Source of the DNA: Escherichia coli
GTDB taxonomy: Bacteria; Pseudomonadota; Gammaproteobacteria; Enterobacterales; Enterobacteriaceae
Direction: 5' to 3' (one strand)
Assembly: GCF_050920415.1 (NCBI RefSeq)
Contig: NZ_CP169309.1
Length of the DNA stretch: 64,000 nt
The translations under genes and the position numbers were made by a program. Shown in pieces: positions 23,946 through 40,091 of this stretch (positions are counted from its first letter, which is position 1; each line of letters opens with the position of its first letter). Under the pieces are notes generated by a model, which was not told the DNA's origin, did not search any database, and saw only the letters and a program-made list of their open reading frames with translations.

Positions 23946-23980
23946 AGCGCCCGGAAGAAAGTCAATTCAGGGTGGTGAAT

Positions 23981-25063
23981 GTGAAACCAGTAACGCTATA
24001 CGATGTCGCGGAGTATGCCGGTGTCTCTTATCAGACCGTTTCGCGCGTGGTGAATCAGGCCAGCCACGTTTCAGCGAAAACGCGGGAAAAAGTGGAAGCG
24101 GCGATGGCGGAGCTAAATTACATTCCCAACCGCGTAGCACAACAGTTAGCGGGCAAACAGTCGTTGCTGATTGGCGTTGCCACCTCCAGTCTGGCCCTGC
24201 ACGCACCGTCGCAAATTGTCGCGGCGATTAAATCTCGCGCCGATCAACTGGGTGCCAGCGTGGTGGTGTCGATGGTAGAAAGAAGCGGTGTCGAAGCCTG
24301 TAAAGCGGCAGTACACAATCTTCTCGCGCAACGCGTAAGTGGTCTGATCATCAACTATCCGCTGGATGACCAGGATGCCATTGCTGTGGAGGCAGCCTGC
24401 GCTAATGTTCCGGCGCTATTTCTTGATGTCTCTGACCAGACTCCCATCAACAGTATTATTTTTTCCCATGAAGACGGTACGCGGCTGGGCGTAGAGCATT
24501 TGGTCGCATTGGGTCACCAGCAAATCGCGCTGTTAGCGGGCCCATTAAGTTCTGTCTCGGCGCGTCTGCGTCTGGCGGGCTGGCATAAATATCTTAAACA
24601 CAATCAAATTCAACCGATAGCGGAACGGGAAGGCGACTGGAGCGCCATGTCCGGTTTTCATCAAACCATGCAGATGCTGAATGAGTGCATCATTCCTACC
24701 GCGATGCTGGTTGCCAACGATCAGATGGCGCTGGGTGCAATGCGCGCCATTACCGAGTTCGGGCTGCGCGTCGGCGCGGATATCTCGGTAGTGGGATACG
24801 ACGATACCGAAGACAGCTCGTGTTATATCCCGCCATTAACGACCATCAAACAGGATTTTCGCCTGCTTGGGCAAACCAGCGTGGACCGCTTGCTGCAACT
24901 CTCTCAGGGGCAGGCAGTGAAGGGCAATCAGCTGTTGCCCGTCTCACTGGTGAAACGAAAAACCACCCTGCCACCCAATACGCAAACCGCTTCTCCCCAG
25001 GCGTTGGCTGATTCCTTAATGCAGCTGGCGCGACAAATTTCCCGACTGGAAAGCGAGCAGTGA
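23981..25063 (+). CDS. lacI: Lactose operon repressor
   Basis: 360 aa from GTG 23981 (MKPVTLYDVAEYAGVSYQTVSRVVNQ...); LacI/GalR HTH plus periplasmic-binding-fold core; track ORF begins 3 codons upstream. Confidence 0.97.
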   Translation: MKPVTLYDVAEYAGVSYQTVSRVVNQASHVSAKTREKVEAAMAELNYIPNRVAQQLAGKQSLLIGVATSSLALHAPSQIVAAIKSRADQLGASVVVSMVERSGVEACKAAVHNLLAQRVSGLIINYPLDDQDAIAVEAACANVPALFLDVSDQTPINSIIFSHEDGTRLGVEHLVALGHQQIALLAGPLSSVSARLRLAGWHKYLKHNQIQPIAEREGDWSAMSGFHQTMQMLNECIIPTAMLVANDQMALGAMRAITEFGLRVGADISVVGYDDTEDSSCYIPPLTTIKQDFRLLGQTSVDRLLQLSQGQAVKGNQLLPVSLVKRKTTLPPNTQTASPQALADSLMQLARQISRLESEQ

Positions 25064-25076
25064 GCGCAACGCAATT
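25056..25076. promoter_or_regulatory. lac operator O3
   Basis: AGCAGTGAGCGCAACGCAATT overlapping the lacI stop; near match to O3 as recalled. Confidence 0.7.
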
Positions 25077-25098
25077 AATGTGAGTCAGCTCACTCATT
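25077..25098. promoter_or_regulatory. CRP (CAP) binding site of the lac promoter
   Basis: AATGTGAGTCAGCTCACTCATT: TGTGA and TCACT half-sites separated by 6 bp, centred about 61 bp upstream of the expected start. Confidence 0.8.
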
Positions 25099-25111
25099 AG
25101 GCACCCCAGGC

Positions 25112-25141
25112 TTTACACCTGATGTGTCCGACTCGTATGTT
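25112..25141 (+). promoter_or_regulatory. lacZYA promoter (-35 TTTACA, 18-bp spacer, -10 TATGTT)
   Basis: Hexamers identical to K-12 Plac as recalled; spacer and downstream bases differ at several positions. Confidence 0.8.
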
Positions 25142-25147
25142 GTATGA

Positions 25148-28260
<3,113 letters not shown>

Positions 28261-28266
28261 TAATAA

Positions 28267-29565
<1,299 letters not shown>

Positions 29566-29574
29566 GCAATCAAT

Positions 29575-29604
29575 GTCGGATGCGGCGCGAGCGCCTTATC
29601 CGAC
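29575..29604. repeat. REP element between lacY and lacA
   Basis: GTCGGATGCGGCGCGAGCGCCTTATCCGAC palindrome. Confidence 0.7.
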
Positions 29605-29630
29605 CAACATATCAGGACGGAATGATCGCA

Positions 29631-30242
29631 ATGAACATGCCAATGACAGAAAGAATAAAAGCAGGCAAGCTATTTACCGATATGTGCGAAGGCTTACCGG
29701 AAAAAAGACTTCGTGGGAAAACGTTAATGTATGAGTTTAATCACTCGCATCCATCAGAAGTTGAAAAAAGGGAAAGCCTGCTTAAAGAAATGTTTGCCAC
29801 GGTAGGGGAAAACGCCTGGGTAGAACCACCCGTCTATTTCTCTTACGGTTCCAACATCCATATAGGCCGCAATTTTTACGCAAATTTCAATTTAACCATT
29901 GTCGATGACTACACGGTAACAATCGGTGATAACGTATTGATTGCACCCAATGTTACTCTTTCCGTTACGGGACACCCTGTACACCATGAATTAAGAAAAA
30001 ACGGAGAGATGTACTCTTTTGCGATAACGATTGGTAATAACGTCTGGATCGGCAGCCATGTGGTCATTAATCCAGGCGTCACCATCGGGGATAATTCTGT
30101 TATTGGCGCGGGAAGTGTCGTCACAAAAGACATTCCACCAAACGTCGTAGCTGCAGGCATTCCTTGTCGGGTTATTCGCGAAATAAACGACCGGGATAAG
30201 CAATATTATTTCAAAGATTTTAAAGTTGAATCGCCAGTTTAA
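29631..30242 (+). CDS. lacA: Galactoside O-acetyltransferase (hexapeptide-repeat)
   Basis: 203 aa from ATG 29631 (MNMPMTERIKAGKLFTDMCEGL...); left-handed beta-helix repeats; track ORF has an upstream extension through the REP. Confidence 0.95.
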   Translation: MNMPMTERIKAGKLFTDMCEGLPEKRLRGKTLMYEFNHSHPSEVEKRESLLKEMFATVGENAWVEPPVYFSYGSNIHIGRNFYANFNLTIVDDYTVTIGDNVLIAPNVTLSVTGHPVHHELRKNGEMYSFAITIGNNVWIGSHVVINPGVTIGDNSVIGAGSVVTKDIPPNVVAAGIPCRVIREINDRDKQYYFKDFKVESPV

Positions 30243-30254
30243 ATAAGCAAAATT

Positions 30255-30345
30255 GCCTGATGCGCTCCGCTTATCAGGCCTATAAGTTCAGTGATCTACG
30301 TAGGCCGCATCCGGCGTAAACAAAGCGCAGGAACGAGCGTCGCAT
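30255..30345. repeat. REP elements between lacA and cynX
   Basis: GCCTGATGCGCTCCGCTTATCAGGCCTA and GTAGGCCGCATCCGGCG palindromes. Confidence 0.75.
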
Positions 30346-31499
30346 CATGCCTCTTTGACCCACAGCTGCGGAAAACGTGCTGGTGCAAAACGCAGGGTTA
30401 TGATCATCAGCCCAACGACGCACAGCGCATGAAACGCCCAGTCCATCAGGTAATTGCCACTGATACTACGCAGCACACCAGAAAACCACGGAGCAAGCCC
30501 GGCAATGATAAAACCGATCCCCTGCATAAACGCCACCAGTTTGCCAGCAATAGCGGGTTGCGCAGAGTGATCGAGCGCCAGCAGCAAACAGAGCGGAAAT
30601 GCGCCACCCAGACCTAACCCACACACCATTGCCCACAATACCGGCAATTGCAGCGGCAGCCAGATAAAGCCGCAGAAACCCACCAGTTGTAACGCCAGTG
30701 CCAGCATTAATAGTTTGCGCCGATCCTGATGGCGAGCCATAGCAGGCATCAGCAATGCCCCTGCGGCTTGACCAAGCGTCATCAACGCCAGCAAGGAACC
30801 GCTGTACTGCGTGCTGGCACCGATCTCAATATAGAAGGCGGGTAACCAGGCAATCAGACTGGCGTAACCGCCGTTAATCAGACCGAAGTAAATACCCAGC
30901 GTCCAGGCGCGGGGAGTGAAGACTACGCGAACCGGAGTGGTTGTTGTCTTGTGGGAAGAGACGACCTCGCGGCAGCTTTGCCACCACCAGGCAAAGAGCG
31001 CAATAATGGCAGGCAGCGCCCACCAGGCGAGAGTCTGGAACCAAATCTCGCTGTGTTGAACTAACCAGGGCGTCAGGGCGGCACCAAGTCCACCGCCGCC
31101 CATCAGAGCCGCAGACCACAGCCCCATCACCAGTGGCGTGCGCTGCTGAAACCGCCGTTTAATCACCGAAGGCATCACCGCCTGAATGATGCCGACCCCC
31201 ACTCCACCGAGCAGTGCGCTGCTAAGCAGCAGCACACTTTGAGGGTAAAGCTCTCGCATCAATGCGCCGACGGCTATCAGCAACAAACTGATGGCGACGC
31301 TGCGACGTTCGCTGACATGCTGATGAAGCCAGCCTCCGACCAGCGCCAGCCCGCCCATGGTGACCACCGGCAGAGCCGTCAACAGGGCAGCCACGCTAAA
31401 GCTCATTCCGCTCGCCTGGCGCAATTGCGGTAGCAGTGGCCCGACGGAGGTGAGCAGTGGTCGCATATTAAGACCAATCAGCACCAGAACCAGCAGCAT
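30345..31499 (-). CDS. cynX: Cyanate MFS transporter
   Basis: 384 aa from ATG 31499 (MLLVLVLIGLNMRPLLTSVGPLLPQL...); matches CynX. Confidence 0.92.
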   Translation of the reverse strand: MLLVLVLIGLNMRPLLTSVGPLLPQLRQASGMSFSVAALLTALPVVTMGGLALVGGWLHQHVSERRSVAISLLLIAVGALMRELYPQSVLLLSSALLGGVGVGIIQAVMPSVIKRRFQQRTPLVMGLWSAALMGGGGLGAALTPWLVQHSEIWFQTLAWWALPAIIALFAWWWQSCREVVSSHKTTTTPVRVVFTPRAWTLGIYFGLINGGYASLIAWLPAFYIEIGASTQYSGSLLALMTLGQAAGALLMPAMARHQDRRKLLMLALALQLVGFCGFIWLPLQLPVLWAMVCGLGLGGAFPLCLLLALDHSAQPAIAGKLVAFMQGIGFIIAGLAPWFSGVLRSISGNYLMDWAFHALCVVGLMIITLRFAPARFPQLWVKEA

Positions 31500-31531
31500 C
31501 GTGAACGTCTTTTGATGGTCGCGCATGGCTG

Positions 31532-32020
<489 letters not shown>

Positions 32021-32032
32021 TTAAAAATAAGG

Positions 32033-32692
32033 TTACGCTGCGGTCGGCTGGCGTAGCGGTATGGCACAAACGCAAGGATTAGCTGCCAGTGGCACAAACT
32101 GGCGGGTTGCGCCGTCAAAGGCTGCGATACTGCCGCTTTCAATGTCGTAGACCCAGCCGTGCAGGGCGATCCACCCCTCTTCGAGCGCCAGGCGCACCGA
32201 TGGATGAGTTTGCAAATTAGCCAACTGAGCAATGACGTTTTCACGTACCATCGCCGCAGCTTTTGACGCTAAATCGGAATGCGGGCGCGCCTCATTAACG
32301 ACGCGGGCTGAATCGGCATAACGCAGCCAGTGGGAAACAGCAGGCATATGGTCCATGCACTGACAGCTGGCAATGGCGGTCATCGCGCCACAGTTGGAAT
32401 GACCGCAAATCACAATGTCAGATACCCGAAGCGCAGCGACGGCATACTCCACCGAAGCAGAAACGCCACCAGGTTCCGGTCCGTAGGAAGGGACGATATT
32501 GCCTGCGTTGCGAATAACGAACAGATCGCCAGGTTCGCGTTGCGTCACCAGCTCAGGGACCAGACGGCTGTCGGAGCAGGAGATAAAAAGTGTGCGCGGG
32601 CTTTGCTGTGTCGCCAGCTGTTTAAACAAGGCTTCCCGCTTCGGAAATGCCTCGCGCTGGAATTTAAGGAATCCATCAATAATCTCTTTCAC
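32033..32692 (-). CDS. cynT: Cyanate-inducible beta-class carbonic anhydrase
   Basis: 219 aa; beta-CA motifs CSDSR and HxxCG; matches CynT. Confidence 0.97.
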   Translation of the reverse strand: MKEIIDGFLKFQREAFPKREALFKQLATQQSPRTLFISCSDSRLVPELVTQREPGDLFVIRNAGNIVPSYGPEPGGVSASVEYAVAALRVSDIVICGHSNCGAMTAIASCQCMDHMPAVSHWLRYADSARVVNEARPHSDLASKAAAMVRENVIAQLANLQTHPSVRLALEEGWIALHGWVYDIESGSIAAFDGATRQFVPLAANPCVCAIPLRQPTAA

Positions 32693-32801
32693 CGTTAACC
32701 TCTGTCTGTCTCTGGAATGAGAGGCAGACTACTCGCCGATTGCCATAAGGTAAAAGACTCATTTATGATGAGTTCTATTGGATTTGCTTATAGGTTGGCG
32801 A

Positions 32802-33701
32802 ATGCTCTCTCGACATATCAATTACTTTCTTGCCGTGGCTGAACATGGCAGCTTCACCCGTGCCGCCAGTGCGTTGCATATCTCCCAACCTGCGCTTTCC
32901 CAGCAGATTCGCCAGTTAGAAGAGAGTTTGGGCGTACCGCTGTTTGACCGTAGCGGGCGAACGATTCGTCTCACCGATGCGGGAGAAGTCTGGCGACAGT
33001 ACGCCAGCCGTGCGTTACAGGAACTGGGGGCGGGTAAACGGGCGATTCATGATGTTGCCGATTTGACGCGAGGATCGCTGCGCATCGCCGTCACCCCCAC
33101 CTTCACGAGCTACTTTATCGGCCCTTTAATGGCGGATTTCTATGCGCGTTATCCCGGCATCACGCTCCAGCTACAGGAAATGTCACAGGAGAAAATCGAA
33201 GATCTGCTTTGCCGCGACGAGCTGGATGTTGGGATTGCCTTCGCGCCGGTGCATTCGCCGGAACTGGAGGCAATACCTTTACTGACAGAAAGTTTAGCGT
33301 TAGTCGTGGCGCAACATCATCCACTGGCAGACCATGAACAGGTGGCGTTGAGTCGCTTGCATGATGAAAAACTGGTACTGCTCAGCGCGGAATTTGCCAC
33401 CAGAGAGCAAATTGACCACTACTGCGAGAAAGCGGGGCTACATCCACAGGTGGTGATAGAGGCGAACTCAATTAGCGCAGTTCTGGCGCTGATTCGCCGC
33501 ACTTCCCTTTCCACATTGTTGCCAGCAGCGATTGCCACACAACATGACGGGCTTAAAGCTATATCCCTTGCCCCACCGTTACTGGAGAGAACGGCGGTTT
33601 TGTTGCGGCGGAAAAATAGCTGGCAGACAGCCGCCGCGAAGGCATTTTTGCAAATGGCGTTGGATAAATGCGCGGTTGTTGGCGGGAATGAATCGCGGTA
33701 G
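32802..33701 (+). CDS. cynR: LysR-family activator of the cyn operon
   Basis: 299 aa from ATG 32802 ([22 protein letters not shown]...); divergent from cynT; track ORF starts at an upstream TTG. Confidence 0.93.
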   Translation: MLSRHINYFLAVAEHGSFTRAASALHISQPALSQQIRQLEESLGVPLFDRSGRTIRLTDAGEVWRQYASRALQELGAGKRAIHDVADLTRGSLRIAVTPTFTSYFIGPLMADFYARYPGITLQLQEMSQEKIEDLLCRDELDVGIAFAPVHSPELEAIPLLTESLALVVAQHHPLADHEQVALSRLHDEKLVLLSAEFATREQIDHYCEKAGLHPQVVIEANSISAVLALIRRTSLSTLLPAAIATQHDGLKAISLAPPLLERTAVLLRRKNSWQTAAAKAFLQMALDKCAVVGGNESR

Positions 33702-33722
33702 CCGCTGACACAGGTCAGCGGC
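33701..33722 (+). terminator. Perfect 9-bp stem-loop immediately after the cynR stop
   Basis: GCCGCTGAC-ACAG-GTCAGCGGC; no clear U-tract, so may act as a bidirectional or stabilising hairpin. Confidence 0.4.
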
Positions 33723-33728
33723 TGGAAT

Positions 33729-33793
33729 TGCCTGATGCGGACGCTTATCAGGCCTACGAGTTCAGTGCAAGGCGTTCACGCCGCATCCGACAT
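33729..33793. repeat. REP elements between cynR and codA
   Basis: TGCCTGATGCGGACGCTTATCAGGCCTAC and GGCGTTCACGCCGCATCCGACAT. Confidence 0.75.
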
Positions 33794-33820
33794 AAACTAC
33801 GCTCGCTGCAACCCAGCCGA

Positions 33821-35104
33821 TTACCGTTTGTAATCGATGGCTTCTGGCTGCTCCAGATATACGGTGGTTTGTGCCGGTTGTGTGCTGGCAATCACCTTGC
33901 CGCCACGTACCGAATAACGTACCGGAACCTGACGGCGCAGCGCATCAAATCCATTTTCAGCCGGCAGGATAATCAGGTTGGCGCTGTTTCCGGCGGCAAT
34001 GCCGTAATCCTGCAAATTCAACGTCCTGGCGCTGTGGTGGGTGATTAAATTCAGGCCATCGTTAATCTGCCCGTAGCCCATCAGCTGGCAAACATGCAGC
34101 CCCATATGCAGCACTTGCAGCATATTCGCCGTTCCCAGCGGATACCACGGATCGAAGACATCATCGTGACCAAAGCAGACGTTAATGCCGGACTCCAGCA
34201 TCTCTTTAACGCGCGTAATACCGCGACGTTTTGGATACGTATCGAAACGCCCTTGTAGATGAATATTGACCAGCGGGTTGGCGACAAAGTTAATACCGGA
34301 CATTTTCAGCAAACGGAACAGGCGCGAGGTATACGCCCCGTTATAGGAGTGCATTGCCGTGGTGTGGCTGGCGGTGACTCGCGCGCCCATGCCTTCACGG
34401 TGAGCCAGGGCGGCAACGGTTTCGACAAAGCGCGACTGTTCGTCATCGATCTCATCACAGTGAACATCAATGAGACGGTCGTATTTTTGCGCCAGGGCGA
34501 AGGTTTTATGCAGCGACTCCACGCCATATTCACGGGTAAATTCAAAATGCGGAATCGCCCCCACTACGTCAGCCCCTAAGCGTAACGCCTCTTCCAGCAA
34601 CGCTTCACCGTTGGGATACGACAAAATCCCTTCCTGCGGGAAGGCGACGATTTGCAGATCAATCCACGGCGCGACTTCCTGCTTCACTTCCAGCATTGCT
34701 TTCAGCGCAGTCAGGGTTGCATCCGAAACATCGACATGGGTACGCACATGCTGAATGCCGTTGGCAATCTGCCATTTCAGCGTTTGCCAGGCGCGTTGTT
34801 TCACATCGTCATGGGTTAATAACGCTTTGCGCTCGGCCCAGCGTTCAATGCCTTCAAACAGCGTGCCAGACTGATTCCAGTTCGGTTGCCCGGCGGTTTG
34901 CGTGGTATCCAGGTGAATATGCGGCTCCACAAACGGCGGTAAAACTAAACCTTGCTCGGCATCCAGGCTGTTTTCTGTTACGGGCATCACGCCGGATTGC
35001 GCATCAATGGCGCTGATTTTTCCGTCCTGCAGATGAATCTGCCATAGCCCCTCTTTGCCGGGTAACCGGGCGTTAATAATTGTCTGTAAAGCGTTATTCG
35101 ACAC
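33821..35104 (-). CDS. codA: Cytosine deaminase
   Basis: 427 aa from GTG 35104 with GGAGG upstream ([16 protein letters not shown]...); amidohydrolase HxH motif ([10 protein letters not shown]); 11-nt overlap with codB. Confidence 0.95.
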   Translation of the reverse strand: MSNNALQTIINARLPGKEGLWQIHLQDGKISAIDAQSGVMPVTENSLDAEQGLVLPPFVEPHIHLDTTQTAGQPNWNQSGTLFEGIERWAERKALLTHDDVKQRAWQTLKWQIANGIQHVRTHVDVSDATLTALKAMLEVKQEVAPWIDLQIVAFPQEGILSYPNGEALLEEALRLGADVVGAIPHFEFTREYGVESLHKTFALAQKYDRLIDVHCDEIDDEQSRFVETVAALAHREGMGARVTASHTTAMHSYNGAYTSRLFRLLKMSGINFVANPLVNIHLQGRFDTYPKRRGITRVKEMLESGINVCFGHDDVFDPWYPLGTANMLQVLHMGLHVCQLMGYGQINDGLNLITHHSARTLNLQDYGIAAGNSANLIILPAENGFDALRRQVPVRYSVRGGKVIASTQPAQTTVYLEQPEAIDYKR

Positions 35105-36353
35105 TGTTAGCCTCCACATGCGTCATTGCAGCTGTCGTTTTGCGATTCAAAATCGGGTTAAGGATCAGATAACTCAGCGCACCACCTAATACCGCGTTGA
35201 CCGGAACAATGCCCGGTAACCAGTGGCCTGCGGCAATCCCCAGCGCGACCGCCAGAATCGCCACCCAATTGACACTCATCATACGCGTGGTCGCAAAGTG
35301 CTCATAGCGGCGACGGTTCATCAGATAGTCGGCGATGATCACGCCACCCACCGGAGGAATAGCAGCCGAAAGGAAGGTTAGCCAGCCGACAAAATTGTTA
35401 TACAGCCATAGTGCGCAGACCGTGCCGATAATACCGTTGATTACTGAAAGAGTTTTGCTCGACATACCGGTAATATTGGCGAAACCTAAACCCGACGCAT
35501 AGAGCGCGTTATCGTTGGTGGTCCAGATATTCAACCCCAGCACCACAATCGCGGGCAGCAGCAAGCCCTGAGCAATCATCACATCAGAGATATCCGCCAT
35601 CCCCAGTGCCGCAGCGCCTGCCGCACCGAAAATAAACATCAACGAGTTGCCGAGGAAAAAGGCCACCATCGCCACCAGCACCGCCAGTTTGGCATTGCGA
35701 CCAAAGCGGACAAAGTCAGCGGTGAGCGTACCCGCACTGATAAATGACCCCACAACCAGCGCCAGCGCGACATTGAAATCTAGCGGTTGTGCGGGAACGA
35801 CCGCTTTTAAGGCGTCCAAACCGCCCATGCCGTTAACGGCCAGCCATACGGAATAACCGCCAAGGCAGGCAATCGCCGGAACCGCAATCACCGAAAGTAC
35901 CGTCAGCGCCGAAATGCCAAAGAAGACGGTGACGGTCATCAGTAAACCGGAAACGGCAATCAGCAAATTAATATCCAGCCCGGTTGCCTTGCCCACCGGA
36001 ATAGCAAACATCGCCACGCCAACACCAAACCAGCCGACCTGAGTGCCGCCCAGCAGCAGTGAAGGCAGCCATGAGCCTTTAACACCAAACGAGAAGCGAG
36101 CAAGAAGATGGGTGGTCAGGCCGGTTTTTGCGCCAATGTAACCAAGAAATGAAGTGTAAATACCGAGGAGAAGATTACCGATGAGGACTGCGAGGAAGAA
36201 ATCATGATAGCTAAGACCGGTTCCGAGAGTGCCGCCGGTCCACATACTGGCGGAAAAGAAGGTTAATCCCAGCATGACGAACGTCAATGCCAATACCCCT
36301 TTCCGCGCCGACTGCGGGACTGGCCCCTGGCTAAAGTTGTTATCTTGCGACAC
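35094..36353 (-). CDS. codB: Cytosine permease (NCS1 family)
   Basis: 419 aa; [29 protein letters not shown]...; matches CodB. Confidence 0.95.
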   Translation of the reverse strand: MSQDNNFSQGPVPQSARKGVLALTFVMLGLTFFSASMWTGGTLGTGLSYHDFFLAVLIGNLLLGIYTSFLGYIGAKTGLTTHLLARFSFGVKGSWLPSLLLGGTQVGWFGVGVAMFAIPVGKATGLDINLLIAVSGLLMTVTVFFGISALTVLSVIAVPAIACLGGYSVWLAVNGMGGLDALKAVVPAQPLDFNVALALVVGSFISAGTLTADFVRFGRNAKLAVLVAMVAFFLGNSLMFIFGAAGAAALGMADISDVMIAQGLLLPAIVVLGLNIWTTNDNALYASGLGFANITGMSSKTLSVINGIIGTVCALWLYNNFVGWLTFLSAAIPPVGGVIIADYLMNRRRYEHFATTRMMSVNWVAILAVALGIAAGHWLPGIVPVNAVLGGALSYLILNPILNRKTTAAMTHVEANSVE

Positions 36354-36509
36354 GAAATTCCCCCTTTTTGCTGTTTGAAACCCAAAAAATCCGCCGCATT
36401 CTATTCATCTGAAGATAAAAAGCAATCGTTTTCGTGGAGGGGATATATTTTTTATATGGATGAATGCGGAAAAGTGGATAAAAACTTATTTGAGAAAAAA
36501 TGGGTACAC

Positions 36510-36680
36510 ATGATAAGACACGCCTGCCTCGCATCAGGCATCTGCGCACAGTGTCGGATGCGGCGCGTGCGCCTTATCCGACCTACGGTTCAGGCCTGTA
36601 GGCATGATAAGACGCGTCAGCGTCGCATCAGGCATCTGCGCACGGTGTCGGATGCGCCACACGACACATCCGACAACGCC
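36510..36680. repeat. REP/BIME cluster between codB and prpE
   Basis: Multiple GCCTGCCTCGCATCAGGC, GTCGGATGCGGCG and GTAGGCATGATAAGACGCG palindromes. Confidence 0.8.
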
Positions 36681-38567
36681 TTACTCTTCCATCGCCTGGC
36701 GGATCTGATCCAACGACGCAGGATCATCAATGGTCGTCAGATCTCCAGGATCGCGTCCTTCGCAAATCGCCTGGATCGTGCGGCGCAGCATTTTTCCGGA
36801 TCGCGTTTTTGGCAATTGCGAGACAAACCAGACGTGCGCCGGGCGACCAAAGTTGCCAATCTGGCTGTCCACCAGCGCCATAATCGCCTTCTCTTGCGAG
36901 TGCGCCACCTCGCGATCTTCCAGGCTATCGCTCTCTTTCGGAATGACAAACGCCACCGCCACCTGCCCTTTCAGCGCATCTTTCACCCCAACCACCGCCA
37001 CTTCAGCAACGCCCGGATGACTGGAGATACTCTCTTCAATCTCGCGTGTGCCAAGCCGATGCCCGGCAACATTAATTACATCGTCAGTACGCCCGAGAAT
37101 AAAGTGATAACCGTCAGCATCGCGGATGCCCCAGTCAAAGGTGGCGTACACCGGACGGGAAAACAGCGACCAGTACGTCTTCACAAAGCGGTCGTCATCG
37201 CCCCAGATGGTTTGAATACACCCCGGCGGCAGCGGCCCTTCCACCACTACCATCCCTTTCTCGTTGACACCGCACGGTTCGCCGGTGACTTCATTGAGCA
37301 ACTGCACGTTGTATCCATACATCGGCACGCCGGGGCTTCCCAGACGTGTCGGCCTGTCGTCCAGACCACGAGCAATCGCCATAATCGGCCAGCCGGATTC
37401 GGTCTGCCAGTAATTGTCGATGACCGGCACATCCAGCGTATTGCTCACCCAACTGGCAGTCGGCTCATCCAGCGGCTCCCCCGCCAGATAGAGCACTTCC
37501 AGCGACGAGAGATCGTGTTTGCGAATTTCAGCGGTAGGGAATTTTTTCAGCACGCGGATGGCGGTCGGCGCTGAGAACATCCGGCTAACCTGATATTTCT
37601 CGACGATTTTCCACCACACACCGCAGTCAGGATAAGTCGGCAATCCTTCGTAAACAATGGTCGCCATCCCCGCCAGCAGCGGCGCGTAGACGATATACGA
37701 ATGCCCCACTACCCAGCCGATATCTGACGCACAGAAGAACACACCGCCCGCTTTGCCACCAAAAATGGTGTCCATTGAGGTCGCCAGCGCCACCGCATAA
37801 CCGCCGACGTCACGCTGTACACCTTTTGGTTTGCCGGTCGTGCCGGAGGTGTAGAGAATGCAGGAGGTTTCGTTGGATTCCAGCCACGCCACCGGCACCC
37901 GCGCGCCGATGTGCTGATGGCGCAATGACGCGAAATCGACATCCCGTCCGGTAACGCGCGCCATTTTCGCCAGCCCGCGATCCACCAGCAAAACGTGGCG
38001 CGGCTGATGCTGCGCCTGACTTATCGCATCGTCGAGCAATTTTTTATAAGGAATGATTTTGCCACCGCGCGCTCCGGCATCTGCCGAGACAATCAGCACC
38101 GGTTTAGCGTCATCAATCCGCGCAGCCACGCTGTGCGAGGCAAATCCACCAAACACTACCGAGTGAATAGCGCCAATGCGCGCGCAGGCCAGCAGGGTAA
38201 TATGCGCTTCGGCAATCATCGGCATATACACCAGCACCCGATCGCCACGCCGTACGCCCAGTGAGCGCAGCATTGACGCCACCGCGTTCACTTCGTCATG
38301 CAACTGGCGAAAGGTAAAAGTGCGCTCTTCTTCTGTTTCCGAAGAGACGGCAATTAATGCCAGCGCCTCTGGCTGTTTCTCCAGCCAGCGGTCGATGGCG
38401 TTGTGGCACAAATTGGTTCGGCCTTCACAAAACCAACGGGCAAACGGCGGATTGCTGTGATCGAGCGTTTGCGTAAAGGGCGTCTGCCAGTCAATACGCC
38501 GGGCCTGCTCGGCCCAGAATTGCTCCGGTTCGTTAATCGAACGCTGATAAAATTCGCTAAAAGACAT
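36681..38567 (-). CDS. prpE: Propionyl-CoA synthetase
   Basis: 628 aa acyl-CoA synthetase; AMP-binding motif YTSGTTGKPKG; matches PrpE. Confidence 0.96.
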   Translation of the reverse strand: MSFSEFYQRSINEPEQFWAEQARRIDWQTPFTQTLDHSNPPFARWFCEGRTNLCHNAIDRWLEKQPEALALIAVSSETEEERTFTFRQLHDEVNAVASMLRSLGVRRGDRVLVYMPMIAEAHITLLACARIGAIHSVVFGGFASHSVAARIDDAKPVLIVSADAGARGGKIIPYKKLLDDAISQAQHQPRHVLLVDRGLAKMARVTGRDVDFASLRHQHIGARVPVAWLESNETSCILYTSGTTGKPKGVQRDVGGYAVALATSMDTIFGGKAGGVFFCASDIGWVVGHSYIVYAPLLAGMATIVYEGLPTYPDCGVWWKIVEKYQVSRMFSAPTAIRVLKKFPTAEIRKHDLSSLEVLYLAGEPLDEPTASWVSNTLDVPVIDNYWQTESGWPIMAIARGLDDRPTRLGSPGVPMYGYNVQLLNEVTGEPCGVNEKGMVVVEGPLPPGCIQTIWGDDDRFVKTYWSLFSRPVYATFDWGIRDADGYHFILGRTDDVINVAGHRLGTREIEESISSHPGVAEVAVVGVKDALKGQVAVAFVIPKESDSLEDREVAHSQEKAIMALVDSQIGNFGRPAHVWFVSQLPKTRSGKMLRRTIQAICEGRDPGDLTTIDDPASLDQIRQAMEE

Positions 38568-38606
38568 AATGCTCTCCTGTTGAACTTACGCCTTACCGCC
38601 GTTTAC

Positions 38607-40058
38607 TTAAATGACGTACAGATCGAGATACTCATTGACCGGCATCTGTTCCAGGCGAGCTCTGTCGAGAGAAACGTCCAGAATGCGCTGCTGCTGTCGA
38701 GTCGGGAACTGGCGCGCGAGGTTGATTTTGAATTTATCGACCAGTTTTGGAATACCGTCCTGACGGCGGCGAGCATGACCAATTGGGTACTCCACCACCA
38801 CTTCTTCAAAGCGCGTGCCGTCGGTGAACTCAAGGGTAATGGCATTGGCGATGGCGCGTTTTTCCGGGTCGTGGTAGTCAGCGGTAAATGCCGGATCTTC
38901 AAAGCAATTGATCTTCTCGCGCAGGGTGTCGATGCGTTTATCTTGCGCAAGGTTGTCTTCGTAATCTGCCGCCGTTAAGCGCCCGAATAGCAGCGGGATC
39001 GCCACCATGTACTGAATGCAGTGGTCGCGGTCTGCCGGGTTATTGAGCGGCCCTTTTTTGTCGATGATGCGAATACAGGCTTCGTGGGTGCGAATGGTCA
39101 CTTTTTCGATATCTGCCGCCGTTTTGCCTGCTGCCTGCATCTGTTCATAGAGCGTCATCGCCGCTTCAACTGCCGTCTGGGAGTGGAACTCCGCCGGGAA
39201 GGAGATTTTGAACAGCACATTTTCCATGACGTAGGAACCGTACGGACGCTGGAAGCGGAACGATTCACCTTTAAAGGAGACGTCGTAGAAGCCCCATACC
39301 GGCGCAGTCAGAGCTGACGGGTAACCCATTTCGCCCGTTTTCGCCATCAGCGCCAGACGTACCGCGCGGGACGTGGCATCGCCCGCCGCCCAGGATTTAC
39401 GCGTGCCGGTGTTCGGTGCATGACGATAGGTGCGCAGCGACTGTCCGTCTACCCATGCCAGCGAAACGGCGTTGAGGATTTCATCACGGGTCAGGCCAAG
39501 CATTTCGGCGACCACGGCGGTGGAAGCCACTTTCACTAACAGAACGTGGTCAAGGCCGACGCGATTAAAGGAGTTTTCCAGCGCGATGCAGCCCTGAATT
39601 TCATGGGCTTTAATCATTGCGGTCAGCACCTGTTTCATGGTCAACGGCGCTTTGCCGCTGGCGACCGCGTTGCGTGAAAGCCAGTCTGCCGTTGCCAGAA
39701 TACCGCCGAGGTTGTCGGAAGGATGGCCCCACTCCACCGCCAGCCAGGTATCGTTGAAATCGAGCCAGCGGATCATCGCGCCAATGTTAAATGCCGCCTG
39801 GACGGGGTCGAGCTGGAACTGAGTTCCGGGGACGCGTACGCCGTTAGGTACAACGGTGCCGGGGACAATTGGCCCCAACAGTTTTTTACAGGCCGGGTAT
39901 TCGAGAGCTTCCAGACCGCAGCCGAGGGTGTCGAGCAGGCAGTAATGGGCGGTGTCATAGGCCACTCTGGAGCTGATTTCGTAGTTCATGACGTAATCGA
40001 CAATATCAATAATTTCGCGGTCGAATTCCGGGCGGATGTTGTTGATTTGAGCTGACAT
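38607..40058 (-). CDS. prpD: 2-methylcitrate dehydratase
   Basis: 483 aa MmgE/PrpD family; matches PrpD. Confidence 0.96.
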   Translation of the reverse strand: MSAQINNIRPEFDREIIDIVDYVMNYEISSRVAYDTAHYCLLDTLGCGLEALEYPACKKLLGPIVPGTVVPNGVRVPGTQFQLDPVQAAFNIGAMIRWLDFNDTWLAVEWGHPSDNLGGILATADWLSRNAVASGKAPLTMKQVLTAMIKAHEIQGCIALENSFNRVGLDHVLLVKVASTAVVAEMLGLTRDEILNAVSLAWVDGQSLRTYRHAPNTGTRKSWAAGDATSRAVRLALMAKTGEMGYPSALTAPVWGFYDVSFKGESFRFQRPYGSYVMENVLFKISFPAEFHSQTAVEAAMTLYEQMQAAGKTAADIEKVTIRTHEACIRIIDKKGPLNNPADRDHCIQYMVAIPLLFGRLTAADYEDNLAQDKRIDTLREKINCFEDPAFTADYHDPEKRAIANAITLEFTDGTRFEEVVVEYPIGHARRRQDGIPKLVDKFKINLARQFPTRQQQRILDVSLDRARLEQMPVNEYLDLYVI

Positions 40059-40091
40059 TGGGTACGTTTCCTTCTTGTTATTCGTAGAGGT

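Noticed and set aside
36345-37574. 409-aa ORF antisense to the 3' part of prpE
   Set aside because: Begins inside the codB-prpE REP cluster and runs antisense through prpE; R/H-rich low-complexity translation typical of antisense frames.
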